DNA from: the human T2T-CHM13v2.0 reference genome, Homo sapiens
NCBI RefSeq assembly: GCF_009914755.1
Contig: NC_060947.1
Direction: 5' to 3' (one strand)
DNA length: 64,000 nt
Shown: in pieces, positions 35,972 to 55,064 of the stretch
Layout: the number at the start of each line of letters is the position of its first letter
Position numbering within the stretch: position 1 is the stretch's first letter
The notes under the pieces: model-generated
The model's database searches: none
What the model saw: only the letters and a program-made list of their open reading frames with translations
Told to the model about the DNA's origin: nothing
Made by a program: the position numbers and the translations under genes

Positions 35972-37692
35972 AAACAAACAAAACAAACAAAAGATGGTTT
36001 TCATACAAAATGATCAACAGTTAAGGGTCAGAAAAATAGGGAAAAAGTCCAGAGAATGAGACTATGTTCTAAGGGCTATTTCTTCAGGCCTTTCATCAGT
36101 CATACTTTCTTTTTTTCTTCACATATAGGTCTATTTTATTGGGTCTTAAAAATTCTCCTTTTCATGATTATTTGAATGGATTTGTTACTATGGTTACATT
36201 TCACCTGTGTTAAAAATCTGACCAGACAATGTTTTTCTTTTTTCTAATGAGTCTGCTTGAAGATTGATACCAACTCCTTGTTGTTGTCTTCCAGTTAAAC
36301 AACCAATACTGGTTAAGAATGCTTGAAAGAGGCACATATGCTACTTTCCCAATACAAATGGAAGTGGAAATGAAGCATTGATCAGTCAACCTGGGACTTC
36401 ATGATTTTGTATGTACATGCTGCATGACTGCATTGGTTCCACTAGGCCCTGAATTGGACTAGTAACATTTCTTTTTTAAAAAACTTTAAAATGAAGTGAG
36501 AGAGAAAGCATAGTTTCTTGGAGACCAATATTAATAAGGAGGAGCTGATAAATTGCTGTTTGGTATGTTTCCTATCCCTGGCTGAATACTTGCAGCTAAA
36601 CAAGAAGTGGAGGTGCAACTCCCATTTGCTTGGCTACTTGCTAAAGTACTGTGGGTGAGGGAAAGTCACTTAGTACTTGTAGATAGTGAGACGAGACGTG
36701 TATACAGGAGTGGGAGCCGGTGAATTCTCCAGGTGGGGAACAGCTATCTGTAAATAACTGCAGAACTTTTAAGTGCAAATGGGATTGGTTTATATGACCC
36801 AAGAGCAGAGGGCAGAAATAGAACCAATAGGTTAAAGCTGCAGGTTAACACATTTTAGCTCAGTATTAGAAAAAATAATGACAACGATAATGACGATGAC
36901 AATGACTAGCAGCCTTGGGAAAAAGTGTTTCCCATTACATACACTTGGAAATGTTGTAGAGGACATTCAGACATTAGTTTGGCAGTGGAATTGACTTGTA
37001 AAGTCTTTATTACCTCTGAAATTGTGTAGGAAGTAAGTCCAAGGGAATTTTTTTTTTTTGCAAACTTCCCTTTTGGAAATTACATACTTTTGAGGACAAA
37101 AGGACATCTATTCTAAAAGATGTGGCACTTATCTTGGTACTTCTGCCTTTCCTGTATTTTTCTAATAATGCCTTTTGCACTATTAAAGAAAGAGGCTAGA
37201 ATATTTCAGTCATATTTAAAATGAAAATGTTACAAGAGTCACAACAAACTTTTACAAAATGAATCTGTTATCACTAATCTCATGGGTAAGTGTACATTTA
37301 GCCATGCTATGGGTAACTTGGCATGAAGATTTTAGAGTGATGTGGTGATACATGTAATTATACACCTTCTCTGTTTCTTTAAGTTTCACTCACTACTAGG
37401 GGGTAAATTATTGGAGTTATCATCAAATGGCTTTTTGCACTGTCTCTCCTTTTTTCTTTCATTATTTATTGACTCTTTGCAAGTAGTTATGGAGAAAAAT
37501 TAAGGAAGGATGGTATATATGGAATAGTTTTTCATCACAGACAACCAGTGTTAAAACCAAAGCATAGTTTATAATTTCCTTTAAATAGATGCATATTGTA
37601 GGGTTCACAGAAGTATACAAGTAGAAAAAGCCTAATTTGGGGCTAGATGGAAAAGGTAAAAAGTCGTAGAAAGGACACTGAAGAAATTCTAC

Positions 37693-39150
37693 AGCAGTGC
37701 GATCCAATAGATATAATGTGAGCCAGGTAGTTTAAATTTTCTAGTAGGAACATTTTTTAAAAAGTTAAAGAATGCCAAGTGAACTTAATTTAAAAAATAT
37801 ATTTTACCAATATATCAAAATATTTTCATTTGAACATGTTTTTTTAAATTATACTTTAAGTTCTAGGGTACATGTGCACAACATGCAGGTTCATTGCAGA
37901 TGTATACATGTGCCATGTTGGTATGGTGCACCCATTAACTCGTCATTTACATTAGGTATATCTCCTAATGCTATCCCTCCCCCCTCCCCCCACCCCACAA
38001 TAGGCCCCAGTGTGTGATGTTTCCCTTCCTGTGTCCAAGTGTTCTCATTGTTCAATTCCCACCTATGAGTGAGAACATGCAGTGTTTGGTTTTTTTTGTC
38101 CTTGCGATAGTTTGCCGAGAATGATGGTTTCCAGCTTCATCCATGTCCCTACAAAGGACATGAACTCATCCTTTTTTATGGCTGCATAGTATTCCATGGT
38201 GTATATGTGCCACATTTTCTTAATCCAGTCTATCACTGATGGACATTTAGGTTGGTTGCAAGTCTTTGCTATTGTGAATAGTGTTGCAATAAACACACGT
38301 GTGCATGTGTCTTTATAGTAACATGATTTATAATCCTCTGGGTATATACCCAGTAATGGGGTGGCTGGGTCAAATGGTATTTCTAGTTCTAGATCCTTGA
38401 GGAATGGCCACACTGTCTTCCACAATGGTTGAACTAGTTTCCAGTCCCACCAACAGTGTAAAAGTGTTCCTATTTCTCCACATCCTCTCCAGCACCTGTT
38501 ATTTCCTGGTTTTTAATTAACGCCATTCTAACTGGTGTGAGATGGTATCTCATTGTGGTTTTGATTTGCATTTCTCTGATGGTCAGTGATGATGAGCATT
38601 TTTTCATGTGTCTTTTGGCTGCATAAATGTCTTCTTTTGAGAAGTGTCTGTTCATATCCTTCGCCCACTTTTTGATGGGGTTGTTTGTTTTTTTCTTGTA
38701 AATTTGTTTGAGTTCTTTGTAGATTCTGGATATTGGACCTAAAACCATAAAAACCCTAGAATAAAACCTAGGCAATACCATTCAGGACATAGGCATGGGC
38801 AAGGACTTCATGTCTAAAACACCAAAAGCAATGGCAACAAAAGCCAAAATTGACAAATGGGATCTAATTAAACTAAAGATCTTCTGCACAGCAAAAGAAA
38901 CTACCATCAGAGTGAACAGGCAACCTACAGAATGGGAGAAAATTTTTGCCATATACTCATATGACAAAGGGCTAATATCCAGAATCTTCAACATGTTATC
39001 CACATAAAAATTATTGTGATAATTTATATTCTTTTTTTCACTAAGTTTTGGAATGCTGGTGTATATTTTATGCTTCCAGAACATCTGAATCCAGATGACA
39101 CATTTCAAGTGTTTAATAGCCACATGTGGCTAGTGGCTACAGAATTAGTG
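37693..39150. mobile_element. MER33/MER3-like hAT DNA transposon split by an L1
   Basis: ACATTTCAAGTG...AATAGCCACATGTGGCTAGTGGCTAC motif; halves on either side of the L1. Confidence 0.65.
37841..38986 (-). mobile_element. 5'-inverted truncated L1PA
   Basis: Minus piece 37841-38734, plus piece 38735-38986; TSD AACATGTT at 37833-37840 and 38990-38997. Confidence 0.9.
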
Positions 39151-40223
39151 GAGTTCAAAAGGGACTTGTGAAAGGAGAGTAGGAAGTTTGAAAATATCCA
39201 GTGAGATAAGCACTCACTTACAACATGAAGTTCTTTTTTAACGAATGACATGTTTGGGAAGAGAGTTTATTATAATGATGTACAGCATATACTTTGGCAT
39301 GTATTCGTATTTTGGCTCTTGACACTTATTCTGTGACCTTGGTTAATTAATCACTGTGTGCCTCAGTTTCCTCATCTGTAAAACGATAAAATTGGTTATG
39401 TTATCAGATTGTTACAAGGATTAAGTAATAACATATGTGTAAAGCACTTGGGTGCTTTGCACATAAGTACTTAATTATTGTTAGCAATTTATAATCATTT
39501 TTCTACAAAAATAAATTGTTTAGTGAGGTTACATTTTACAATAAGTTTAGGACAAAACAAGTCTGATTTTAAAAAATGTTATGGTTCCCAGAGTTACATA
39601 TGATGGTATTAAAATAATTTATTCAGTGTCAAAATGAATAACTTTGATTCCCCCCACTTTTTCTCTTAGATGTTTCTTAGATTCTAGGTTAGGAGAGGGT
39701 AGAGTTTGATATAGGGAACTGAGACACATTTCTGAGTGTTTTCTGTTGAAAGTTAGCTAATCAGGTCAGTCTTTATTTACTTCTTTGAAAAAGTTACTCA
39801 CACCAGCCATTCATTTACTTTTAAGGCAGTCCCTCTCAAACCTGGATGATCGTAATACTTACTTAGGAAGCATAATAAAAATATAGATTCCAGGGCTCTC
39901 TTCACATAGCACAACTTTGGATGGAGGTGCAGAAATTTGTATTTGAAAACCTCAGCAGGTGATTCTGAGTTAGGTTTTAAAACCATTGGAGTTATATTAG
40001 GCATTTGTTACAACAAGTTACTAGTCAGGTGTGATGATACATTTAACTGTTTGTCATATGAATGACATAAAACTGTTTTAGATGTGGTAATACCATGATT
40101 CCTATAGGCTTGAATGGATACTTTTACCTCTATAGAAACTTGGTTTCTAGAAAATGTTTCTTCTGTTTTTTTTTTTTTTTCTGTCTGATCAGTTTATATT
40201 TCTTCTCTCTTCGGAAAATTTCT

Positions 40224-43172
<2,949 letters not shown>

Positions 43173-44104
43173 TAGTAAGAGGATACTGTGACATTTTAAA
43201 GTGGCTGCCTACCATCCTCCACATCCCAGATCAGTAGAGGCTGTGAGGACAGCCGCCTACACTCTACTATATACAATAATAGAGCCTACACTCTAATATA
43301 CAGCCTATATCCTAACATACTAATATACACATAACGGGGCTTCCAAAGTGAGAGGAAAGAGAGGAAAAACAGAAAGAGTATTTGAAAAAATGATGGCTAA
43401 AAAACTTCATACATTTGGTAAAAAATATGAATCTAAACATCCAAGAAGTGCAATGAACTCCAAATAGAATAAACTAAAAGATATCCACAATCAGACACAT
43501 TATAGTCAAATTGCCAAAAAACAAAAAGAAAATCTTGAAAGCAGGAAAATTGACTTTTTACATAACAAAAAAAAAACAATAAGACTAACAGCTGATTTCT
43601 CTTAAGAACCCACAGAGGCTAGAAGGCAGTGAAATGTGATATTTAAATTGCTGAAAGAAAAAGAAAAACATCTGTCAACACATATACAGAACTCTATGTC
43701 CAGCAACACTATACTTCAAAGAATGAAAGCGAAAACAAGACATTCTCAGATAAACAAAAACTGAGGGAGCTGATCACTAGTAGAATTGCCCTTCAAGAAA
43801 TGCCAAAGGGCATTCTTTAGAAAAACTGAAAAGGCACTCACTGTAACCCATGCTATACAAAAAAATAAGAACACTGGTAAACTATACAGGTAGCTACAAA
43901 AGCAAGTAATATTGAGTTTTACGTTTTTTTTAACTCTTTTTACTATCTAATTTAAAGGAAAAAATGCATAAAACAACAATGATAAATCTACGTTAAGGAG
44001 TATACAATGTATAAAGATGTAATTTGTGATAATAGCATAAAGGGGGCAACAGAGCTGTAAACGGCTGGGTTTTGTATACTATTAAATTAAGCTGGTATTC
44101 AACA

Positions 44105-47445
<3,341 letters not shown>

Positions 47446-47549
47446 AAGCTGGACTCGTATCTTATGCCAGATATAAAAAATTAACTCAGAATGGCTAAAA
47501 TACCTAAAGGTGAGAGCTAAAAGTATAAAATTATTATAAGAAAACACAG

Positions 47550-47735
47550 GGCACACGCCTGTAGCCCCAGCTATTTGAGAGGCTAAGGTGGGAGGATCAC
47601 TTGAGCCCAGGAGTTTGAGATCAGCCTGGGCAACATAGTGAGGTCCCGTATCAAAAACAAAAACAAAAAAAAACAAAAAACAAACAAACAAACAAAAAAC
47701 CAAAACCAACCAACCAACCAACCAAACAAAAAAAT
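47550..47735 (+). mobile_element. FLAM/Alu monomer with long (AAAC)n/(AACC)n tail
   Basis: Monomer sequence flanked by CACAGGG repeats. Confidence 0.8.
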
Positions 47736-48456
47736 CCCACAGGGGTAAATCTTTATGCTCTTGCATTTGGTAATGGATTCTTAAATATGACACCAAAAGC
47801 ATAGGCAACAAAAGAAAAAAATAGATAAATTGAATTTTATTAAAATTAAAAATCTTTGTGTATAAAATGATACTATCAAGTATGGGGGAAAATGTTTGCA
47901 AATAACGTATCTGATAAAGATCAAGTATTCAGAACATGCAAAAAATATTAAAATTCAACAACAAAAAGACAACCCAATTTAAAAATCCCATTTAAAAAAT
48001 GGACAATGGCTTGAATAGACATTTTCCCAAAGAAGATATATGGATGGCAAACAAGTACATAAAAAGATACTCAATATTTTTTTCATTATGGAAATACAAA
48101 TCAAATCCATAATGAGATACCCCTTCACACCCAGTAAGATGGCTATAATAAAAATAAAACTGAAAATAACAAGTCTTGGTGAGAATGTGGACAAATTGGA
48201 ACCCTTCTGTGCTGCTTGATGGGAATGTAAAATGGTGCAGTCACTGCGGAAGATAGTTTGGAGGTTCCTCAGAAAGTTAAACATAGAATTACCATACAGT
48301 CCAATTATCCCCATCCATCTCCCTGGTGTATATACTCAAAATAATTGAAGACAGATATTCAAACAAATACATGAATGTTTGTAACAGCACTATTCAGAAG
48401 AGACAAAAGGTAGAAATAGCCCAAATGGCCATTAATGGATGAATGGATAACAAACT

Positions 48457-48458
<2 letters not shown>

Positions 48459-48523
<65 letters not shown>
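48459..48523. repeat. (TA)n(CA)n microsatellite
   Basis: Directly visible. Confidence 0.95.
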
Positions 48524-48526
<3 letters not shown>

Positions 48527-50799
48527 AGACTATTATTCAGCCATTAAAAGGGATAAATTACTGTTACATAATATAATGTGGACCAATTTCAAAAACATTT
48601 TGTTAATTGGAAGAAGTCAGACACAAAAGAACACATATTTTATGATTCTATTTATATGGAACATCCATAATAGGTAAATCCATAGAGACAGAATGCAGAT
48701 TAATAATTGGCTAGGACTTGGGGGAAGAGGGAACAGGGAGTGACTGCTTAATGCTTATGAGGTTTCTTTATGGGATAACAAAAACATTTTGGAACTACAT
48801 AGAGGTGATGGCTGCACAACATTGTGAGTGCTAAATGGCACTGAGGCGAACACTTAAAAATGGTTAATTTTATGTTATATAAATTTCACCCCAATAAAAT
48901 GGATACTGTTACTTTCCCTCCTCTCTAAAAAGCTAAGCTTCTTATTTTCCTGGGTCAGGAAGAATCCTTTATTTCTTTACTAATCACAAGTTACTATCTA
49001 ATGAGCTCTTATAATGTGTTGTGAACTGTGATGCATGCTTTTCAGGCATCATGTTATTTGAGCCTCACAGCAGTAATACCTGGCATATATTGAGTGCTAA
49101 GCAACCATTTGTCATATGGATGAACAACTGTAGAAGCAAGGTACATGTGAGACAACTGAGGTTGAGAGAGTGAAGTTACTTGCCCCAGGTCTCCAGGCTA
49201 GTAAATGGCAGAATTCAAACTCTAAGAATTAAAGGACAAAAACATCTCTTTTGGTTTCAGCTCTAATGTAACGTTAGGGAGAAAGACATCAGGTTTTATC
49301 CCTGGAAAGAAGTTAGGTCCTTAATGTTACTTTTTGAGACATATTGAAATGCAAATTTGTTAATTTATTTGTGTTGGAAAAGGTATGGCCTTGGTATCAG
49401 GCAGCCTGGATTTCCAACTCTTCACTATTACTAAATGTGTGGCCTTAGGAAAATTTGATTTAACCTTTCCAAAACCCAGGTTGCTAATTTGTTACAAGAT
49501 TGTTAAACTGATGATGGCAGGAGGGACTGGTTCAGCCAGAGTTGAAAGTCAAAGCTGCCTTATTCTCCTGACTTTTAAATAATGGGAACTGATGCAAAAT
49601 GTTAAGAAAACACTGTGCAGGCCAGGCAAAATATATCTGAAGGCTACATCTGGCTTGTATGTCACAAAGTTTTTACCTCTGCATTAGTTTAGAGGAGACT
49701 GTGGCAACATACTGCCTGGGTTTTAAGTTTGGCCATTTACTAGCTCTGTGACCTTAGGTAAGCTACTTATTCTGTCTGTTCCTCAGTTTACAAACAAGTA
49801 ATGATAGTATATACATTGGAAAGTTGTTATAAAGATTAAGTGTCTGTGTGTGTAGTCACCTAGAAATAGTACTTGGCATGTAGCAGTGTGGTGCAAGTAT
49901 GTTAACTAAAACAAACAAATAAGTCCTACGCTTCCTTTCATCTGTTAATATTACATGACTAAAGAAGAACTTATAGAAGGCCAATTATTTGCAGTAACTT
50001 GGTCTTTACCTTGGTTTGCTCATCTGTGCCTCAGTTTACACATTTGTACAATGGAAACAGTAATGGTACCTGCCTCATATAGTTATTGTGATGATTAAAT
50101 GAATTAATATATAGTTAATCTATCTACAGAACTTAGAACATTTTCTGGCACAGAGTAAGCAATACATAAGTGTTAGTCATTATCATCATTAATTTTTAAA
50201 ATATATCTTGGTGAAGCTCATATGAGTCAATACTGAAAAACTCCAAAATAAGTTGTTTACAATATGGCATTGATCCTAGGAGCAATGTCCATACCATAAT
50301 AATGGTGCTGAACTTTTGACCCTTCAATCAATCATTCAAAAAGCCAAAGTAGTAAGGTCTGAGAATAGAAAAGCTTCCCAGTCATTGCATAGTCTACTTA
50401 ATGCATCCCAATACTGGATTGAGATACAAAAGAAAACTAGGCTAACTTGTATCTATGAAGGCAACTAATGACATTTATTTTAAGAGCTCTTTCTGCATTT
50501 TCCATAATATCTCTAAGGAAGAGGTAAAAAAAATTCCAATTGTGATTCAGAGAGGTAATTAGAATTAGAATATAGGAAATTATAGAATTAGAATATAGAA
50601 AGTTCTATATTGGAAAAGAGGATCATCTCCTGCCTCCCTAGTTTATCCCAGTCTACCTGGGGTAGACTATTGCTTTGCAAATATGTAACAGAAGAAAATT
50701 ACAAATGGAGTCAGGTCCCGGAGTTCAAAAAAGCAGCATCCTTACCATCATTTTTAAGGTGAGAAGAGTTTGGTATGAAAAAATAAAGAAGTCTCAGAA

Positions 50800-52510
50800 G
50801 GACTTGGGAGTGAGGGGATGTCCAATGGGTCAGGAGTCCTACTGTGAGAGGAGTATAAACATATTGGAGCCCCAAACTAGATGAATAGGGAACATTGTAG
50901 GCCACAAGTTTAAGGGTGCTGGCGATGGAATTACAGTGTCGAAGTGACAAGACTGACAAGTATTAGTGGAATCTCTTTTGAGAGGAGACAGGGATTCTTC
51001 AATGTGAGAAGACAGGGACAAGGGGAGATTTTACTGTGAGAAAAGCAGGGACCCTATTGTAACAAGACAGGATATAATATGAAAACGCCATTGTGAGTTG
51101 ATGAGAGCATTGCAAGGCCAATAATAATAAGAATGGGGAACGGGGGGAATTAAAGTGGAAAGTGGGAATAATATAAGGGAGAGACTTGGGGTTTGTGTCG
51201 GGAAATATTGTAGAATTCTGAGTTTGAATGCACAAGCTATACTGTGAGAACCATTTTGCAAATAAGGAGGATATAGAGTGCTCCTTAGTGTGACAGGACA
51301 GGGTAAAAAAAGATCATAGAATTATAAAAGGGGTAGTCTAATGAGAGGGAATGAGAAATGATATGCCCATTGGGAGGAGTAGAAAATATTAGAAACCCCA
51401 GTAAGAAAGAATGGGGTTTCCCCAGTTTGAGAAGATGGGACAAGTGCAATCCAATGAGAAGTAAGAAGAAATAATAATAAGAAATCCCAAAGGAAGTGGA
51501 TGGCAGAATGTGGGGCTAAAAGTGAAAGAACACTGTGGGAGGTGGGGAGTGGGTTTCCTAAAAAAGATAACGAGGAATAATGATTAGAAAAGTAGCGGCC
51601 CTTTGATGGAATAGGAGATAAATTACGGAAACCCTTGTGGGAGGGTAAAAGAGGTGACTCTAGTGGGAGAAGGCACTATCATCATGTGACAATAGCAGGG
51701 TCACCAGTATAAGGTGTCAGAAAATAATGTGGGGCTCCTAATGGGAAGGAGTCGAATGCTCCTCAAAGCAAGAAGGCAGGAGACTGGAGGGAACTCCAGT
51801 ATAATATAATCAGGGCCTCTCATGTGAGAGAGGATGTATTATAGAATACCAATCCCATTAAAGAAAATGATTAAATGGGGGGAGCCCACAGGGAAAGAGA
51901 ATGGAGGGCTTACCACTGTGTGAAAACGGAAGATCTTAATGGAGTAGAATAGGGTGCACTGTGGGATCACAAGTGGACAAAGATATGAAGCACTTCAGCC
52001 AGTGTGAGAGGATCACGGGAAAACGATAGATTCCAGTGTGTGAAAAAGGAGAGCTAGTAAGAGAGTAGAGGAAATATTTTGGAACTCTCAGTAGGAAATC
52101 CCTAGTAGGAAATCCTAGTAGGATTCTAGTAGGAGGGAAAATGGTGGGGCTCCTAGTTGGATGCATTGGTGAGATTCCTAGTGTGAGCAAACAGTTTAAA
52201 GACACAGGGTATGTTGTTTCCTCAACTTGGTACAGTAGGGGCTCCCAGAAGGAGAGCACAAGGTGCAGATGGTTGCCCTGTATGAGAAAAGGGAGCCCTC
52301 GTGGGAAGAGCCAGGACATTATTGTGGGTAGGGCAAAGAAATAAGAAACCCTAGGTGGGAGACGATGGAGACACGGCGGGACCCTGGTGGGAGGGCGCAG
52401 GAAATATTGTGGGAAGCCAGAGGCTGGGGACAAGGAACTCTCCAGGGAGAGAAAGGAAAACCGCAGAGAGAAGGCTTGAGAACACAAGGGACACCAGTGT
52501 GAAGGTAGGG
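50800..52510. repeat. Decayed purine-rich repeat array (core ~GGRRCYCYAGTGGGAG) at the start of intron 1
   Basis: Many co-oriented degenerate copies spaced ~22-35 bp; CTAGTAGGA tandem at 52089-52134. Confidence 0.6.
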
Positions 52511-52565
52511 CAAACGATTATATTGGAGTATAATTTCCCCACCTTAGGTGCCCAGCCCCACTTAC

Positions 52566-52701
52566 CCAGGCAGAGTTCAAAGACGTAGGCATAGTAGGAC
52601 CAGAGCACGACGAGGACAATAACGAGCACTGGCACCCAGGACAGTACCCGGCGGCAGCACCGCAGCCCCCCAGACAGAGCCATCTTCCAGCCTCGCCGCA
52701 T
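52566..52701 (-). CDS. ZDHHC15: ZDHHC15 coding exon 1 (aa 1-45, MRRGWKMALSGGLRCCRRVLSWVPVLVIVLVVLWSYYAYVFELCL; TM1)
   Basis: Translation matches the recognised ZDHHC15 N-terminus. ATG at 52701, 136 nt, ends in phase 1 at the donor G|GTAAGT (plus-strand cttac at 52561-52565). Confidence 0.97.
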
Positions 52702-53171
52702 CTTTGGCTCGAAGATCGACCAAGCAGGCCTGCTGGCGCCGGGTCGGAACCGCTAGGGTGGCGGCTGCGAGGCTGGAAGGCGCGCTGTGCGGCACTCCAC
52801 TGTCTAGCCTGGCGGGAACCCTCTCGCGGAGCCTTCGCCACCTGTGGGGCTGCGCTGCTGAGTGCGCCCTGCCTGGCACAACAGGCTTGAGTCACGGCGT
52901 TGAGGAACTAGCCATGTTGGAGCGGAAGGGTGATCCGTCAGGCAGTCGGAGCTAGCACGCTCAGAGGGAGTGCAGTCCCTCCCCTTTCTGCCTCCTCCCC
53001 ACCCTGTTTCAAGGCTGGATGCAGGGCTAGACCTCGGCAAAATCGTGAAGCCGAAGAAATTTGGGTCCGCCCATCTGCTCTTACTGCACTGCGTCCGCCC
53101 TCTTTGTTTCTGTCTCAGTCTCTCTGTCTCCCTTCGTTCTCTTTCTCTCCCCCTGCTACCCCCCCCCACAG

Positions 53172-53173
<2 letters not shown>

Positions 53174-53215
<42 letters not shown>
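53174..53215. repeat. (AC)21 microsatellite in the promoter
   Basis: Perfect dinucleotide run. Confidence 0.95.
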
Positions 53216-53218
<3 letters not shown>

Positions 53219-53399
53219 GTGTGAAAGATGCGAGCCATAGCATCTCGTAACATGAAGGCCATCCAGCTCCATCCTCCCACTGCTGCTTGAACAATATGCT
53301 TAACACGTAGTGCCGCAGTCGCTGCTTGGGTAAGTCCTTTGACAGGGCACTCCCTCCTTCCCTTTTCCCTCCCCGCAGAATCAGCTTAGTATGTTTTTA

Positions 53400-54920
53400 G
53401 AACAAACACATTGGTATAAAAAAACAAATGAGGGAGACTGATTCTGAGAGGGGTCAGGGAAAGCTACAAAGGTAGCGATATTTAAGCTGAGCTATATTAA
53501 TAAATTCAGGTTTTCCAGGCAGATGAGAGGAGGAGGACCTTTTAGACAGAGGAAACAGCATTTACAAAGTCATAGAGTAATGAAAGTCCAAAAATGTTCC
53601 AGGAGCAGCTAGTGTGGCTTGAAGAGTGTTTGTGAAGAAGAGAGGCTAAGAATGAGACTGGGAGTATGAGGCCATGGTGTGAAGGCTCTTATATGTCCTA
53701 GCATGGCATGGGGACATAATCATGTAAAGCAGATTATGAAGAGCCATCAAAGGTTTGGGGGAAATGGAGTGACATCAGGGATATGTTTTTGTGAAATAAC
53801 TGGCAGGATTTTGGAAAGGAAGATGGCCTTGAAGTAGGAAGATCAATTAGGAGGTAATTTAATTCAACAAATGTTTTTGGAGTGGTTGCTTCCTGTTAGA
53901 TCAACTTTGGTACAAAAAGAATGACAAAATAGTGGGCCTGACCCCAAGAAGCTCATGTTCTCATTGGGGCTGTAGTTGTTCATTGACACAAGTACAATAA
54001 TAGAAGTACAGCAGGCTCTTGGCATTTATGGATTTGACACTCACTGTTTTTCCCAAAGGTCTTTTACATGGAGAAATTTGTGATTTTGCTGAGATGCATG
54101 TGTGATTCACATTCTGTGTGACTACTGTGTGGGAGCAAGTGTCTCTACGAGGTTGATCTCTGTTCTTTATTTATGGTTATATATGCAGTAAATTACCTGA
54201 AGTGATAAAAGATTTATTGTTTCTTTTCAGATTAAGCTAATTTTATGGTTGATGTTACTAAATTCATGATGCAATGAAATGCAGAGTTCATTTTAGTTAC
54301 AATATTTAGTAGCCTAGTTAATTATTTGAGCCCTAAGTTTCTGACATGTATACTTAAATTTTCCAATATTCATAATTCGGGGCTTGTGGAACATGTATAT
54401 TGGGATTGTCAAGGGTATACTATTTAAACCAAGTAGCCTTGAGGAGGCAATGATTAAGTGTGAAAGGGAAAGTCCCAGTTGGGTTTTGAATAATGACTAG
54501 GATTTCACCAGGAAGATAAGAGATGGGAGCAGGATTTAAGGGAGGAGGGGATTCCAGGCAAAAGGAAATATGTAGTGGCAAATGTATGCGAAACAGCACA
54601 ACATACTTGGGGGACTGCAAGTAGCCCGCTTTTGCTGGAAGATATTAACAGTACTCTAACCAAGAGATGGTAAGAGCCTAGGCCTAAGCCAGGCTATGAA
54701 GGGAAGGAGAGGAGGGGAAAGATGTAATAGTGTTTGGGGAAATCAACAGAATTTGTCAACCAGTTGGCAGGTGAGGAGTGAGATAAGTTAAAGCTAACAG
54801 CCAGATTTCTAACTTCAATGCCTGAATGAACAATGTTGCCAATCACTATGATAGGGGCTATTGTGAGAAGAGCAGAGTTCGTGGGGGAAGTTGATAACTT
54901 TCACGTTTTGACATGATTAA
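53400..54920 (-). mobile_element. L2 fragments
   Basis: L2-like GGTCAGGGAAAG...ATTTAAGCTGAG and AATTCAACAAATGTTT motifs. Confidence 0.6.
54009..54422. mobile_element. Possible Tigger-family MITE inside L2
   Basis: Degenerate TIRs (CAGCAGGCTCTTGGCA / TGTCAAGGGTATACTA) next to TA. Confidence 0.4.
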
Positions 54921-55064
54921 TTTTGCCTAAGTCTTCCTCTTCTAAGGTAGCCCGATCACTAATCAAATAGTCTGGGGCCGGGGGGCTTATGACAGGGATA
55001 GCTCACACCCAAAGGAGCATGGAGGGCCAAGAACCAGAGAGACAAACCATGTTCAAGTGTATAC

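Larger units (their letters stand above)
52560..53340. promoter_or_regulatory. ZDHHC15: CpG-rich promoter/5' UTR region of ZDHHC15
   Basis: Only non-repeat GC/CpG-dense segment in the window; surrounds the ATG; AP-1 consensus TGAGTCA at 52888-52894. The TSS cannot be determined from sequence. Confidence 0.85.

Noticed and set aside
51936-52487. 183-aa minus-strand ORF in intron 1
   Set aside because: Non-ATG start, P/L/S/F-rich composition expected from pyrimidine skew, no recognisable domain.
50800-52510. CRISPR-like repeat-spacer array
   Set aside because: Eukaryotic locus, highly degenerate units, irregular spacing, no cas genes.
52351-52565. Extension of the exon 1 ORF to 116 aa
   Set aside because: Read-through past a consensus GTAAGT donor; intronic.
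52518-53280. Several overlapping ORFs in the promoter
   Set aside because: Expected in GC-rich DNA and across the (AC)n repeat; no protein similarity recognised.
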